DNA of 64,000 nucleotides from Fischerella sp. JS2 (lineage in GTDB: Bacteria > Cyanobacteriota > Cyanobacteriia > Cyanobacteriales > Nostocaceae), in assembly GCF_032393985.1 (NCBI RefSeq), contig NZ_CP135918.1, positions 4,525,724-4,589,723 on the forward strand, read 5' to 3'. Under the pieces are notes generated by a model, which ran no database searches, was not told the origin of the DNA, and worked only from the letters and a program-made list of their open reading frames with translations. Position numbers and translations under genes: made by a program. Of this stretch, positions 9,683-20,488 are shown one piece after another (the first letter of the stretch is position 1; each line of letters starts with the position of its first letter).

Positions 9683-9920
9683 TCAGGTTTTGGAGACTCC
9701 CCTAGTATGCGCCTACAAAGATAGGCGAATCTCTTTTACTATGGGTAAATTGACAGGAAACCTACGATTCCTTTTTTTAGCAACTATTTTAGACTAGTCA
9801 TAATTAATACTCTACTAGTTTATACTCCATTTCGTCGCTATTTAGTTACCAAAGTTTTACTAAATAGTTATTTTTTGGTTACTAAAATGGTAAACATAAA
9901 TCGGGTAGGCGATCGCACCT

Positions 9921-12626
9921 GTTTCAATCCTTGATAGGAATTTTAAGTGATTTTTACAGCGATCGCTCTGTACGTATTATTTATTTCTGTGATTTTTACT
10001 CCGGCGGCATCATGCCAGGGCGATTATAGCCAAAGTGTTTCAATTCCTGATAGGGATTTTAAGTGATTTTTACTCTTTTGAGCTTGTCGCACCGTCACAG
10101 GCAATGAGTTTCAATTCCTGATAGGGATTTTAAGTGATTTTTACCTCACTATTCATTTGATTAACTGACGACTGGATCTGTTTCAATCCCTGATAGGGAT
10201 TTTAAGTGATTTTTACACATCTTTGTGCTTTGGATCTGTAGGCTATTTTATGTTTCAATCCCTGATAGGGATTTTAGGTGATTTTTACCAAACACGGTCA
10301 GAGGTTGACTCACTCAAATAAACAAGTTTCAATCCCTGATAGGGATTTTAAGTGATTTTTACGTTGGATCGTTTACTCCATGCCCATGTGGGTTTTGTTT
10401 CAATCCCTGATAGGGATTTTAAGTGATTTTTACAATAAAGCTGTAGCTTTTCTTTGTAAGTCAAAAAGGTTTCAATCCCTGATAGGGATTTTAAGTGATT
10501 TTTACTTCGTTAAATTGATTGCTGAGTTCGAAATTCTCGGTTTCAATCCCTGATAGGGATTTTAAGTGATTTTTACGGAAGTGCTTGCAGCAACTCCAGG
10601 AGCGCCCGAAGTGTTTCAATCCCTGATAGGGATTTTAAGTGATTTTTACATGGATTGGGTATGATTCTTGTACAGATCTAAGTGGTTTCAATCCCTGATC
10701 CTGATAGGGATTTTAAGTGATTTTTACCCCTCAGCCATCTTGGCACAGGTAGAAAAACTAAATGTTTCAATTCCTGATAGGGATTTTAAGTGATTTTTAC
10801 ACGTATTTAGAATTACGTCATCTACTTTTGAATAGGTTTCAATTCCTGATAGGGATTTTAAGTGATTTTTACGAAAATTTTCCTGTTGTGAGAAAGACAT
10901 TGTTTTATGAATGTTTCAATTCCTGATAGGGATTTTAAGTGATTTTTACCCAAAGCTAATTACTTTTTGGTCACCCACTTCCCTGTTTCAATTCCTGATA
11001 GGGATTTTAAGTGATTTTTACTTTATCCTCTTTAACTTACTTAAATCACGCTGAGTGAATGTTTCAATTCCTGATAGGGATTTTAAGTGATTTTTACTTT
11101 TTGTAGTTGTTGTCCAGAAGTCCCAATTTGCGGTTTCAATTCCTGATAGGGATTTTAAGTGATTTTTACAAAGTAACAACTTGTCTTTCCCCTACATCTA
11201 GAAGGTTTCAATTCCTGATAGGGATTTTAAGTGATTTTTACTACTCGTGGGGCAACCCCAGATCTGGCGTTTCCTGTTTCAATTCCTGATAGGGATTTTA
11301 AGTGATTTTTACCAATCAAACCTTTGGGCAAGCAAATAGTTATATTGTTTCAATTCCTGATAGGGATTTTAAGTGATTTTTACCTGCGTTTATAGCGTAC
11401 CTGCTTATCCAGATTGTAGCGTTTCAATTCCTGATAGGGATTTTAAGTGATTTTTACAGTATTTTGTAGCGCCCAGATACATGAGAAAACTTAAGGTTTC
11501 AATTCCTGATAGGGATTTTAAGTGATTTTTACGAGATAGCCCCATTCGTCGGCACGTTGATCAGGGGTTTCAATTCCTGATAGGGATTTTAAGTGATTTT
11601 TACGGGGCTCTCCCAACCTTGCATGATAGTTACGCAGTTTCAATTCCTGATAGGGATTTTAAGTGATTTTTACCTTGCTTTTAACTGTTCGACTGTTTTC
11701 ATCTCAGTTTCAATTCCTGATAGGGATTTTAAGTGATTTTTACTCTTATTTGACGATCCAGATTGTAGCTACGACGTGCGTTTGTTTCAATTCCTGATAG
11801 GGATTTTAAGTGATTTTTACGGATATTTCTCTTGCTCAACTGCAAAATAGTGCCGTTTCAATTCCTGATAGGGATTTTAAGTGATTTTTACCTGCTGCCA
11901 CCTACTAGCTGAAGCTGGAAGTTGTTTGTGGTGTTTCAATTCCTGATAGGGATTTTAAGTGATTTTTACAGCACCATTTTCAGGCTTAAAGTATTGACTT
12001 GATAATGTTTCAATTCCTGATAGGGATTTTAAGTGATTTTTACGTGGCAGGTGTCGATGTCGGCTAGTTTTTCAGAGGCGGTTTCAATTCCTGATAGGGA
12101 TTTTAAGTGATTTTTACCATCTGCTCTACCAAAATCAAATTGAATTGCGTGTTTCAATTCCTGATAGGGATTTTAAGTGATTTTTACATCGGCGTTACCT
12201 TTTTTAATCTCTAAACCGGAGTTTCAATTCCTGATAGGGATTTTAAGTGATTTTTACCAATTCAATTTGAAGATATTACGGGTACTGGTAAGCACTATGT
12301 TTCAATTCCTGATAGGGATTTTAAGTGATTTTTACCCATGTAGATCCCTATAGCTCCTGCCACCATCCGTGTTTCAATTCCTGATAGGGATTTTAAGTGA
12401 TTTTTACCCGATGTTCTGCCTAGATCGTGGTATAGTGGTATAAGTTTCAATTCCTGATAGGGATTTTAAGTGATTTTTACCTCCTGACCTCAGCCGTGAT
12501 GACTGGGGTGGGCATGTTTCAATTCCTGATAGGGATTTTAAGTGATTTTTACCCAAGAACGATATACAGAAGAAGATTTTACCGATCGGGTTTCAATTCC
12601 TGATAGGGATTTTAAGTGATTTTTAC
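9921..12626 (-). CRISPR. CRISPR array of about 37 direct repeats of 37 nt with about 36 unique spacers of 34-41 nt. Repeat (plus strand): GTTTCAAT(T/C)CCTGATAGGGATTTTAAGTGATTTTTAC.
   Basis: Read directly from the sequence: the repeat recurs with a period of about 72-75 nt and the spacers are unique. The reverse complement ends in ...CCCTATCAGGGATTGAAAC, the ATTGAAAC 3-prime tag typical of Cas6-processed repeats, so the minus strand is inferred to be transcribed with the leader near 12627-12890. Degenerate repeat copies lie at 9921-10036 (trailer end) and possibly 12667-12703. Confidence 0.95.
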
Positions 12627-12890
12627 CGCCAACATCTACAACCCTTGCATTATTTAGTTTTCAAGGTTCAATTTCGTCAATCTAGAGGTGATTATAGCTT
12701 TGAGCGATCGCGTTGTCAAGATTGGCTTGTTCAAATTAGTCTTAAATCCTTTCCTGGCAAACATTTCCGCTTTTGCGTCAACCTCTTTTTGGGCTTACAA
12801 TTCTGAAATACTTGAGGAGTAAAGCTTTCAACCCAAAATTTTCATGTTTTCTCCAAAACACCTACAGGTTGACGCTACTGTCTTTACTGT

Positions 12891-13697
12891 TCAAATCTTT
12901 AAATTTTCCAAATATGGCTTAAATGTAGACGCCAATTCTGGACGACTGACAACCAAAGTGGGGAAAGAGCGATCGCTATAATCAACTCCAGCAATCAAAG
13001 GAAAAGGTTCTGATTTGAGTGAGATCCAACTTCCTCCCGCAGCTTGAACTATTACCCAAGCGGCGGCTAGATCCCAGACTTTTGGTGTTGCTTCCACACC
13101 ACCTAATACCGCCCCTGTGGCAACTGTCAGGAAGTTATAGCTAGCAACACCCAGCATCCTGATTTTACAAGGAAAATCTTTTTGGATTACCGAGGTGCTA
13201 CGGGAACAGAGGTTAAAAAAGTGATGCTGACTAGGATCTTCTTCACTAGTTTGAATCGGGTAATAATTGCGAAAAGCCCCGGTGGAAGCTCCTAAACCCG
13301 ATGAACCTTCCCAGAAACCATGAAATGACTCTTTCAGTGGTGGCACGTAAACATAACCAAATATAGGTGTGCCTTGATACAATAATCCCAGCGAAATTGA
13401 CCAAATTGGAATACCGCGTGTAAAGTTAGTAGTGCCATCCAACGGGTCAACTACCCAACACCATTCTGTACCAGGAAAAACCTTACCACCCTCTTCCGTC
13501 AAAATTCCATAATCAGGAAATGTAGAGGCGATCGCATTTCGCAGTTCTTGATCAGCCCATTTATCAGCACGGGTGACTAAAGAACCATCAGCTTTATGGG
13601 AAGCTTGTACTTGCCCAAAATCTTCCATTAACTGCTTACCTACCCTGGCGGTAGTAATTTGGGCAAACTCTAAAACTGTAGTCCAAAGTTCAGTCAT
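12891..13697 (-). CDS. Inositol monophosphatase family protein (SuhB/CysQ-like)
   Basis: The WVVDPLDGTTNF metal-binding motif and the overall IMPase fold pattern are present. Confidence 0.85.
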   Translation of the reverse strand: MTELWTTVLEFAQITTARVGKQLMEDFGQVQASHKADGSLVTRADKWADQELRNAIASTFPDYGILTEEGGKVFPGTEWCWVVDPLDGTTNFTRGIPIWSISLGLLYQGTPIFGYVYVPPLKESFHGFWEGSSGLGASTGAFRNYYPIQTSEEDPSQHHFFNLCSRSTSVIQKDFPCKIRMLGVASYNFLTVATGAVLGGVEATPKVWDLAAAWVIVQAAGGSWISLKSEPFPLIAGVDYSDRSFPTLVVSRPELASTFKPYLENLKI

Positions 13698-13844
13698 TTG
13701 ATAAATAGTTAGTGGGTAGTGGTTAGTGGTTAGTGGTTAGTGGTTAATGGTTAGTGGGTAATAGAGTAGTGGGAAAAAATATCAATCACAAATCATCAAT
13801 TACTTACAACCAACAACTAACTACTAACTACTAACTACTAACAA

Positions 13845-15293
13845 TTAATCTAATTCGCTTTCCAATATAGATGCGATCGCTTGTTTCGCATTGCGTTGAA
13901 ATTCTGTGACATTCACCCAATTTAATAATCCCAGCGCCAACAACATGACTACGGCTTGTATAGTAAACACCAATCCATATGCAAATAATGGCGTTGTCAA
14001 TAAAGATTTACCCAAGTTTAGCACTGCACCGCCAGAAACCGTAGCGAGGGCCCTTGCCATTGCCTGTGCTAACCCCCAAGCACCAATAAACGTTCCGGCG
14101 GTTTCCGCAGCAGTCAGATCCAGCATTAAGCTTAACGCCCCAGTTGTAGTGACGCCAGAAGCAAAACCAAACAAGGTTAAACTCAATTGCAGGAATTTGG
14201 AATTAGCAGTTGTCCCTGCTAGGAAAATTATTATCAAACAGACTGCCACAGCCACGCATCCGAGCTTGGTTGTATTTTTCTTACCCAAACGCGGGGCAAT
14301 CAAAAAGCCAGTTAAACTCAAGCCAATCAGCGTCCCTGTACCAAAAAAGGCATTGAGTTTTGTGGTTTCGGCAATAGTCATTTTAAAGACTTCACCACCG
14401 TAGGGTTCCAACACCGCATCCTGCATAAACAAGCTGAGTGTCATCAACAGCAAAAATGTGAAAAAGATTGCTGTTTGCCGGCTAGCAGTTAACACCTGCA
14501 TTGCCATACCAAGAGTAATCTTATCTTCGCGGTTAATCGCTGTGGAACGCATGGTATAGCGAGAATATTTCTTTTCCACACCGACTGTTGATAGCAGACA
14601 AAGTGCGAAAGCAATACCTGGGACGATCAAAAACAAGCGATTGACTTGAGTTTGGATTACTTCTAGGGGTGCATCTAAGGCAATTTGTCTGAGCAAACCA
14701 CTGCTAATAATTGCCCCAATAATAATACCCACCATCAGCATTGACCAGACAACCCCCACCAATTTTGAGCGGTTGTCTTCATCGGAAACATCGACTAACA
14801 ACGCTGCAAAAGGTGTGGAACTAGCACTAATGGCAACTCCATAAAGAGCAAAGATCAAAGCCAGAAGTGCCGCCCAACCAGAGGTTTGAGTCGTCCAACC
14901 TGATTGCCAACTTATGCCCAGTTGCCAAACTACTTGCACAGCGAAAAATGAGATGATCGCAAATAAAGCTGCACCAACCCAAACGTAACCACTGCGGTGA
15001 TAGCCAAGCAAAGGCTTGGTGTCTGACATTTGCCCAAACCACACTCTGATCGGAGCCACAAATTGATGCATTGCGATCGCCCCAGCTACAATTAGTGCTG
15101 GCACTCGCAATTCCTCAATCATGACTCGATTTAGCACTCCCAGAGTCAGAATCGACATGATGCCCAATGCCATCTGAAACAGGCCTAGTCGAAACATTGT
15201 CCATAGTTTCACTTTGGGAATGGATGTGGATTTTCCTGACTCGTTTGATTCAGAATTGGGTGACACATTACTAGTTGCCATAACCACTCCCAA
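13845..15293 (-). CDS. PucC/BCD-family MFS transporter
   Basis: 482 aa with about 12 TM helices. The N-terminal region LGLFQMALG...VMIEEL..PA resembles PucC/LhaA-type (BCD family) proteins that are common in cyanobacteria. Confidence 0.7.
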   Translation of the reverse strand: MGVVMATSNVSPNSESNESGKSTSIPKVKLWTMFRLGLFQMALGIMSILTLGVLNRVMIEELRVPALIVAGAIAMHQFVAPIRVWFGQMSDTKPLLGYHRSGYVWVGAALFAIISFFAVQVVWQLGISWQSGWTTQTSGWAALLALIFALYGVAISASSTPFAALLVDVSDEDNRSKLVGVVWSMLMVGIIIGAIISSGLLRQIALDAPLEVIQTQVNRLFLIVPGIAFALCLLSTVGVEKKYSRYTMRSTAINREDKITLGMAMQVLTASRQTAIFFTFLLLMTLSLFMQDAVLEPYGGEVFKMTIAETTKLNAFFGTGTLIGLSLTGFLIAPRLGKKNTTKLGCVAVAVCLIIIFLAGTTANSKFLQLSLTLFGFASGVTTTGALSLMLDLTAAETAGTFIGAWGLAQAMARALATVSGGAVLNLGKSLLTTPLFAYGLVFTIQAVVMLLALGLLNWVNVTEFQRNAKQAIASILESELD

Positions 15294-15509
15294 TCAAAAC
15301 AGCAAAATTACTTCATACTAAACAAGATAAACCCATTTCTTCACCAAAATGTGTGTTTATCTGTGTTCCTCGGTGTGCATCTGTGTTCGTTTCTAAAACA
15401 TAATATTTGCACCAGACACGCAGAACATTGCTTCTCTAATCAAATGTGTACCCTGATGAGATGAAATCTGTAAAGTTACACTAAATAAAGTAAACAAATG
15501 TAAATAGGT

Positions 15510-16469
15510 TTGATCAAAATGGAAACCATCACATTAGGGCAAAGCGGCCCTGTCGTCACACCCTTATGTATCGGTACTTGGGCTTGGGGCGATCGCTTAT
15601 TTTGGAATTATGGCAAAGAATACGGATCACAGGAATTGCAAGCAGCATTTGATGCTTCCCTAGAAGCAGGTATCACCTTTTTTGATACAGCAGAAGTTTA
15701 CGGATTCGGGCTTTCAGAAGAGTTGCTTGCCCAATTCCTCCAAAAAACCGCACAAAAAGTCCAAATTGCTACTAAATACGGGCCTTTTCCTTGGCGAATC
15801 ACAGCCCAATCTGTTGCTGATGCCCTTACAGAAAGTCTCAAACGCCTCCAAGTTCAAAAAGTAGCCCTCTACCAAGTCCATTGGCCCTTTACTTTTTTAA
15901 TGAGTCAAGAAACCTTAATGAATGCCCTCGCAGATGAAGTGGAACGGGGCAGAATTGCAGCAGTAGGTGTGAGTAATTACTCAGTCCAGCAAATGCGAGA
16001 AGCACACCAAATACTAGCTAGAAGGGGTGTACCTTTAGCTGTTAATCAAGTGCGCTACTCTTTGCTAACTCGCCAAATTGAAAGTAATGGAATTCTCCAC
16101 ACCGCTCATGAATTGGGTGTAACAATCTTAGCCTATAGTCCTTTGGCCCAAGGACTACTAACTGGCAAGTACACCATAGCTGGAGGCTCAACCCCCAGTG
16201 GTGCGAGAAAATTAGACTCACGCTTTAGCAAAGAAGGCTTGCAAAAAATTGAGCCAGTGGTATCTTTGCTACGCCAATTTGGGGAAAAATATAGTCGTAC
16301 TCCTGCCCAAGTCGCCCTGAATTGGTTAATTGCTCAAGGCAACGTTATTCCGATTGCTGGGGCAAAAACAGCTCAACAAGTACGAGATAACGCAGGCGCT
16401 TTGGGCTGGAGATTAACTGACGATGAAATCGCCCACTTAGAAGAAGTTAGTCGCCCTTGGCTAAATTAA
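15510..16469 (+). CDS. Aldo/keto reductase family oxidoreductase
   Basis: AKR signatures are present: GTWAWGD, FDTAEVYG and the catalytic Tyr/Lys/His spacing. About 320 aa. Confidence 0.85.
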   Translation: MIKMETITLGQSGPVVTPLCIGTWAWGDRLFWNYGKEYGSQELQAAFDASLEAGITFFDTAEVYGFGLSEELLAQFLQKTAQKVQIATKYGPFPWRITAQSVADALTESLKRLQVQKVALYQVHWPFTFLMSQETLMNALADEVERGRIAAVGVSNYSVQQMREAHQILARRGVPLAVNQVRYSLLTRQIESNGILHTAHELGVTILAYSPLAQGLLTGKYTIAGGSTPSGARKLDSRFSKEGLQKIEPVVSLLRQFGEKYSRTPAQVALNWLIAQGNVIPIAGAKTAQQVRDNAGALGWRLTDDEIAHLEEVSRPWLN

Positions 16470-16581
16470 GTTAAGAGTCATTTGTCCTTTGTTATTTGTC
16501 ATTTGTCATTTGAGCAATAACCCTTGACCCAATAATCACCTCTTTCCCAATGACCAATGAGTAATAACTATTGACCATTGA

Positions 16582-18132
16582 CTACGAAGCAGACTCTCTA
16601 GCTGGATGAGAACTTACCTTTTTCGGCATCGGAGTATCCCGTCGTCCTGTCCGCAATTTGGGCTTGGAGGAACCGCGTTTGTCTCCTTCTGCACCTACTT
16701 CTGATGATACCCAAGAGGAACGGCGACGGTGTTCACCACTAGACTCGCGATTAGATTCGCGACGACCGCCACCCCGTAGTTTAGGTTTGGGAGTGGGTCG
16801 GAGGTCTTCTTCGGGATAGTCAGCTTCTGACAGCAACCAAGCAGGACGAGTTTGGTCGTAGGCAATTTGTAATGCAGCTGCGGCGATCGCATGAGCGTCA
16901 TATTTTTCGCTCAGCTGGCTAACGATAGACAAAAATGAAGCCATACGTTCACCCACCAAAGCTTCTTGCACCTGGGTTTGTAATTTTTCCAGTTGTCTAG
17001 CTTCAATTTGCGCCCGTGTGGGGATCGAAAGTAGTTGCCAACTTTGACGCACATGGCGCTCAAACAACTGCTGCTTGCGTCGTTCAAAGGGCTGCACCAA
17101 GGTGATTGCTGTACCTTCTTTACCAGCACGACCAGTACGACCGATACGGTGGACATAGGTTTCGACGCTGTCGGGTAAATCAAAGTTAATCACGTGGGAT
17201 AGTTGGTCAACATCCAAGCCCCGCGCTGCAATATCAGTAGCTACTACCCAGCGCACTTGACGATTACGGAATCGAGTCAACAAACGTTCCCGCGCTTGTT
17301 GGGATAAGTCACCGTGGTATTCATCAACGCTGTGACCAGCAGCTTGCAATTGATTGGTGAGTTCAGCAGCCGTGCGTCTAGTGCGAACAAAGATCAAAGC
17401 TGATTCTGGATCTTCCATTTCCAGGATCGGCTGTAAAGCTTTGACTTTTGACCAATGGCGCGGCACTAGATAAGCTACCTGATTAATTTTGTTCGGAGCA
17501 GCTTTTGGTTGTTCAACGGCAACTGTGACTGGATCATTGAGGAACTTATTCACCAGCTGCCGGATGGATGGCGGCATTGTGGCGGAGAATAAAGCTGTCT
17601 GTCGTTCTTGGGGTGCTTGGGAAAGAATCTTTTCCACATCATCGATAAAGCCCATGCTGAGCATTTCGTCGGCTTCATCTAAAACAAACCATTTCACATG
17701 ATCCAGCTTCAAGCTACCCCGTTCTAGCAAATCTATGACTCGCCCTGGTGTACCCACGACCATGTGAACGCCGCGCTTGAGTTGTAAAATTTGGCGGTCA
17801 ATAGATTGACCACCGTAAATTGCCATGACACGCAATCCTTCGTTGCCAATAAATTCGCAGATGGCATCTTGAACTTGAATTGCTAGCTCACGGGTTGGGG
17901 TCAAAACTAGTGCTTGCACTACTTTTTGACTGACGTCCAGCCGCTCTAGAATTGGTAAAGAGAAAGCAGCTGTTTTACCTGTACCTGTTTGGGATTGACC
18001 AACCACATCGCGACCGGCTAAAAGTTGGGGAATCGCTTGGGCTTGAATATTGGTTGGTGTGGTAAAACCAATTTTTTCAATCTGCTCAATCCGTTCTGGT
18101 GAGATACCTAGTTCTTGAAAAGAAAGTGTCAT
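16582..18132 (-). CDS. DEAD-box ATP-dependent RNA helicase (cyanobacterial CrhR/CrhB-like) with a basic C-terminal tail
   Basis: Q-motif, GTGKT, DEAD, SAT and HRIGRTGR motifs are all present. The C-terminus is RGG/Arg-rich. Confidence 0.9.
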   Translation of the reverse strand: MTLSFQELGISPERIEQIEKIGFTTPTNIQAQAIPQLLAGRDVVGQSQTGTGKTAAFSLPILERLDVSQKVVQALVLTPTRELAIQVQDAICEFIGNEGLRVMAIYGGQSIDRQILQLKRGVHMVVGTPGRVIDLLERGSLKLDHVKWFVLDEADEMLSMGFIDDVEKILSQAPQERQTALFSATMPPSIRQLVNKFLNDPVTVAVEQPKAAPNKINQVAYLVPRHWSKVKALQPILEMEDPESALIFVRTRRTAAELTNQLQAAGHSVDEYHGDLSQQARERLLTRFRNRQVRWVVATDIAARGLDVDQLSHVINFDLPDSVETYVHRIGRTGRAGKEGTAITLVQPFERRKQQLFERHVRQSWQLLSIPTRAQIEARQLEKLQTQVQEALVGERMASFLSIVSQLSEKYDAHAIAAAALQIAYDQTRPAWLLSEADYPEEDLRPTPKPKLRGGGRRESNRESSGEHRRRSSWVSSEVGAEGDKRGSSKPKLRTGRRDTPMPKKVSSHPARESAS

Positions 18133-18211
18133 TAACTCTCCTAGTTTGTATTTGGTTATTAGTTATTGGTTAGTGGTTAGTGGTTAGTTGTGTACTACTA
18201 ACTAACAACTA

Positions 18212-19528
18212 CTAACTACTAACTATTCCGTACAAGTCGTACGTATCAGCTTCTTTGATGGTTACTGGTACGATAGTTCCCAATCTTGCTTGCCCACGAA
18301 CGTAAACTTGACCATCTACTTCCGGGGCAAATCTAGCCGAACGACCGATTAATTCTCCTGTTGAAGGATTTTCTTGTTCAATCAAAACATCAACGACTCT
18401 GCCAATTTCTTGCTGATTTTTACTTAGAGAAATCGGCTGTTGCAGTTCCATCAATATGTCCCGCCGCTCGTCTTTGATTGCTTGCGGCAACTGATTGGGT
18501 AGGTTGTAGGCTGGTGTTCCTTCCTCTGGAGAGAAGGTGAAAACACCGACATGGTCAAATTCATGGCGTTGGATGAATTGAAATAGATGCTGAAAATGTT
18601 CATCACTTTCGCCAGGAAACCCAACAATAAATGTTGTCCGCAGTACCGCCTGTGGTAGTGCCTCCTTGATGCATTCGATAATTGCATCGTTAACTTGTCC
18701 TTGCCAAGGACGGTTCATGGCGCGGAGAATTTCGGGATGGGAATGTTGCAAGGGCAAATCCAGATAAGGTAAGACATTGGGTGTTTCACGAATTGCCGCG
18801 ATCACATCTGGAGTTAGTCCTGTCGGATAAGCGTAGTGCATCCGAATCCACGGCACGTCTACTTTCCCCAAAGCACGAAGCAATTCGGCTAATTTAGGCT
18901 TCCCGTAGATATCTATACCGTAATTTGTGGTGATTTGGGAAATCAAAACGATTTCCTGTACCCCTTGACTTACTAGCTGTTCAGCTTCCGCGACTATTGA
19001 TTCTATAGTACGCGATCGCTGGTTTCCCCGCAGATGCGGAATGATACAAAACGCACAGCGATAGTCGCATCCTTCCGCAATTCTGACATATGCCACACCT
19101 TCGGTTGTAGTGCGATAGCGGGGTGTGGTTTCATCGGCTATGTAAGTTGGTTCGGCGCTCACTTCTTTGACGCGATCGCCCTGTTCTACTCGTGCAATCA
19201 CATCAACGATTTTGTGATAATCGCCTGTACCTACTACCGCCACTGCTTCGGGCAACTCTTCCAACAACTGCTCTTGGAAATGTTGCGCCATACAACCTGT
19301 GATGACAATTTTTTTATTCGCCTCTGCCAGTTCTACCAAAGTCCTGACAGATTCTTCCCGAGCTGCTTCAATAAAACTACAAGTATTAACAATAACGTAA
19401 TCTGCTAACTCTTCATTAGAATCTACGCCATAGCCTGCTTCTACCAGCAGTCCTAACATATGTTCTGTGTCTATTCGATTTTTTTCACAACCCAGGTGAG
19501 ATATTGCAATGGTTGGTTTTTCACCCAT
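18212..19528 (-). CDS. rimO: Ribosomal protein S12 methylthiotransferase
   Basis: MTTase N-terminal domain, radical-SAM CxxxCxxC (CDYRCAFC), a C-terminal TRAM domain and a RimO-like length (438 aa). Confidence 0.8.
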   Translation of the reverse strand: MGEKPTIAISHLGCEKNRIDTEHMLGLLVEAGYGVDSNEELADYVIVNTCSFIEAAREESVRTLVELAEANKKIVITGCMAQHFQEQLLEELPEAVAVVGTGDYHKIVDVIARVEQGDRVKEVSAEPTYIADETTPRYRTTTEGVAYVRIAEGCDYRCAFCIIPHLRGNQRSRTIESIVAEAEQLVSQGVQEIVLISQITTNYGIDIYGKPKLAELLRALGKVDVPWIRMHYAYPTGLTPDVIAAIRETPNVLPYLDLPLQHSHPEILRAMNRPWQGQVNDAIIECIKEALPQAVLRTTFIVGFPGESDEHFQHLFQFIQRHEFDHVGVFTFSPEEGTPAYNLPNQLPQAIKDERRDILMELQQPISLSKNQQEIGRVVDVLIEQENPSTGELIGRSARFAPEVDGQVYVRGQARLGTIVPVTIKEADTYDLYGIVSS

Positions 19529-20488
19529 ACTAGAAATATAAAGTTTTCAGTTTTTTTGCACTCCAAAAGTTAATTCTTAACTAAGGATTTTCAGACACTT
19601 GCTCAAGAGCCAAACTCTTTTACATCATGCCTGCATGACAAAATCCGAACGCAACCACACCGAATGTATGACCTCGATGAATTGCACAGAGATCATGCTA
19701 TGATTTTCTTACTATTGTGTGTTTCCAAGGGAAAAACAAATAGTTTTTGGGTAAAATAGACACTCGTAATTTTTGGTGCAAATTGCTTTTGGTATTTTAC
19801 ATTACCGCAGCGCGTGCGTTGTGAATCTACTCTACCCTAAAAGGAGCCACTTTCCCCTATGGGATGTGTGGTGAGAAGTCGCTACCATCTAGGAAAACAC
19901 GCACTAAAATTAACGCCTTGACAGCGGTAATGCTACCAATCAGTTCAGGTTTTACCTGCAGCTGTAACAGACTCTTTAGCTGTTCGAGGAAGAACAGCTA
20001 CCTTACGGAAAGCCGCTTGGCGTCTTGTGCGTCTTGTGAGTTGCAAACTCCTCTTGTAAACAGTTTTTATCTTAACATATCTTATGGAAGGTTTTACGTT
20101 AATTTCCATCTTAAGGGGGAGGCGGAAAACCGATCAGCTTAAAAAAAGTTGGAAAAGTTAGTCAAAAGTCAACAGTCTAAAGTCCTAAGTCAACAGTCCA
20201 GAATTCTCAGTCTACAGGATATTGACTGCCAATTTTGGATTATGGATTTTAAATTTTGGATAAAATTTTTTAGTTTATGTTCTAACTGCTAGTCAGACGG
20301 AACAAAACAAAAATTAACAATCTAGAATTTGTCAGCCCTTGAGTGGGAGAAATCCACAATCTCCAGATTATTTCGGTTTATGCCCACCCCCTTGTGGTCA
20401 GGGTCAATCCAAGATCTAAAATCTAAAATCTAAAATCCAAAATCTATTGACCATTGACCATTGACCATTGACTATTGACTATTGACTA

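Noticed and set aside
11107-11289. 60-aa ORF inside the CRISPR array
   Set aside because: It translates repeat units (FQFLIGILSDFY recurs), so it is an artefact of the periodic repeat.
12667-12703. GGTTCAATTTCGTCAATCTAGAGGTGATTATAGC as an additional degenerate repeat at the leader-side end
   Set aside because: It shares only about 50% identity with the repeat and may simply be leader sequence. It is noted in the feature evidence but not counted as a repeat.
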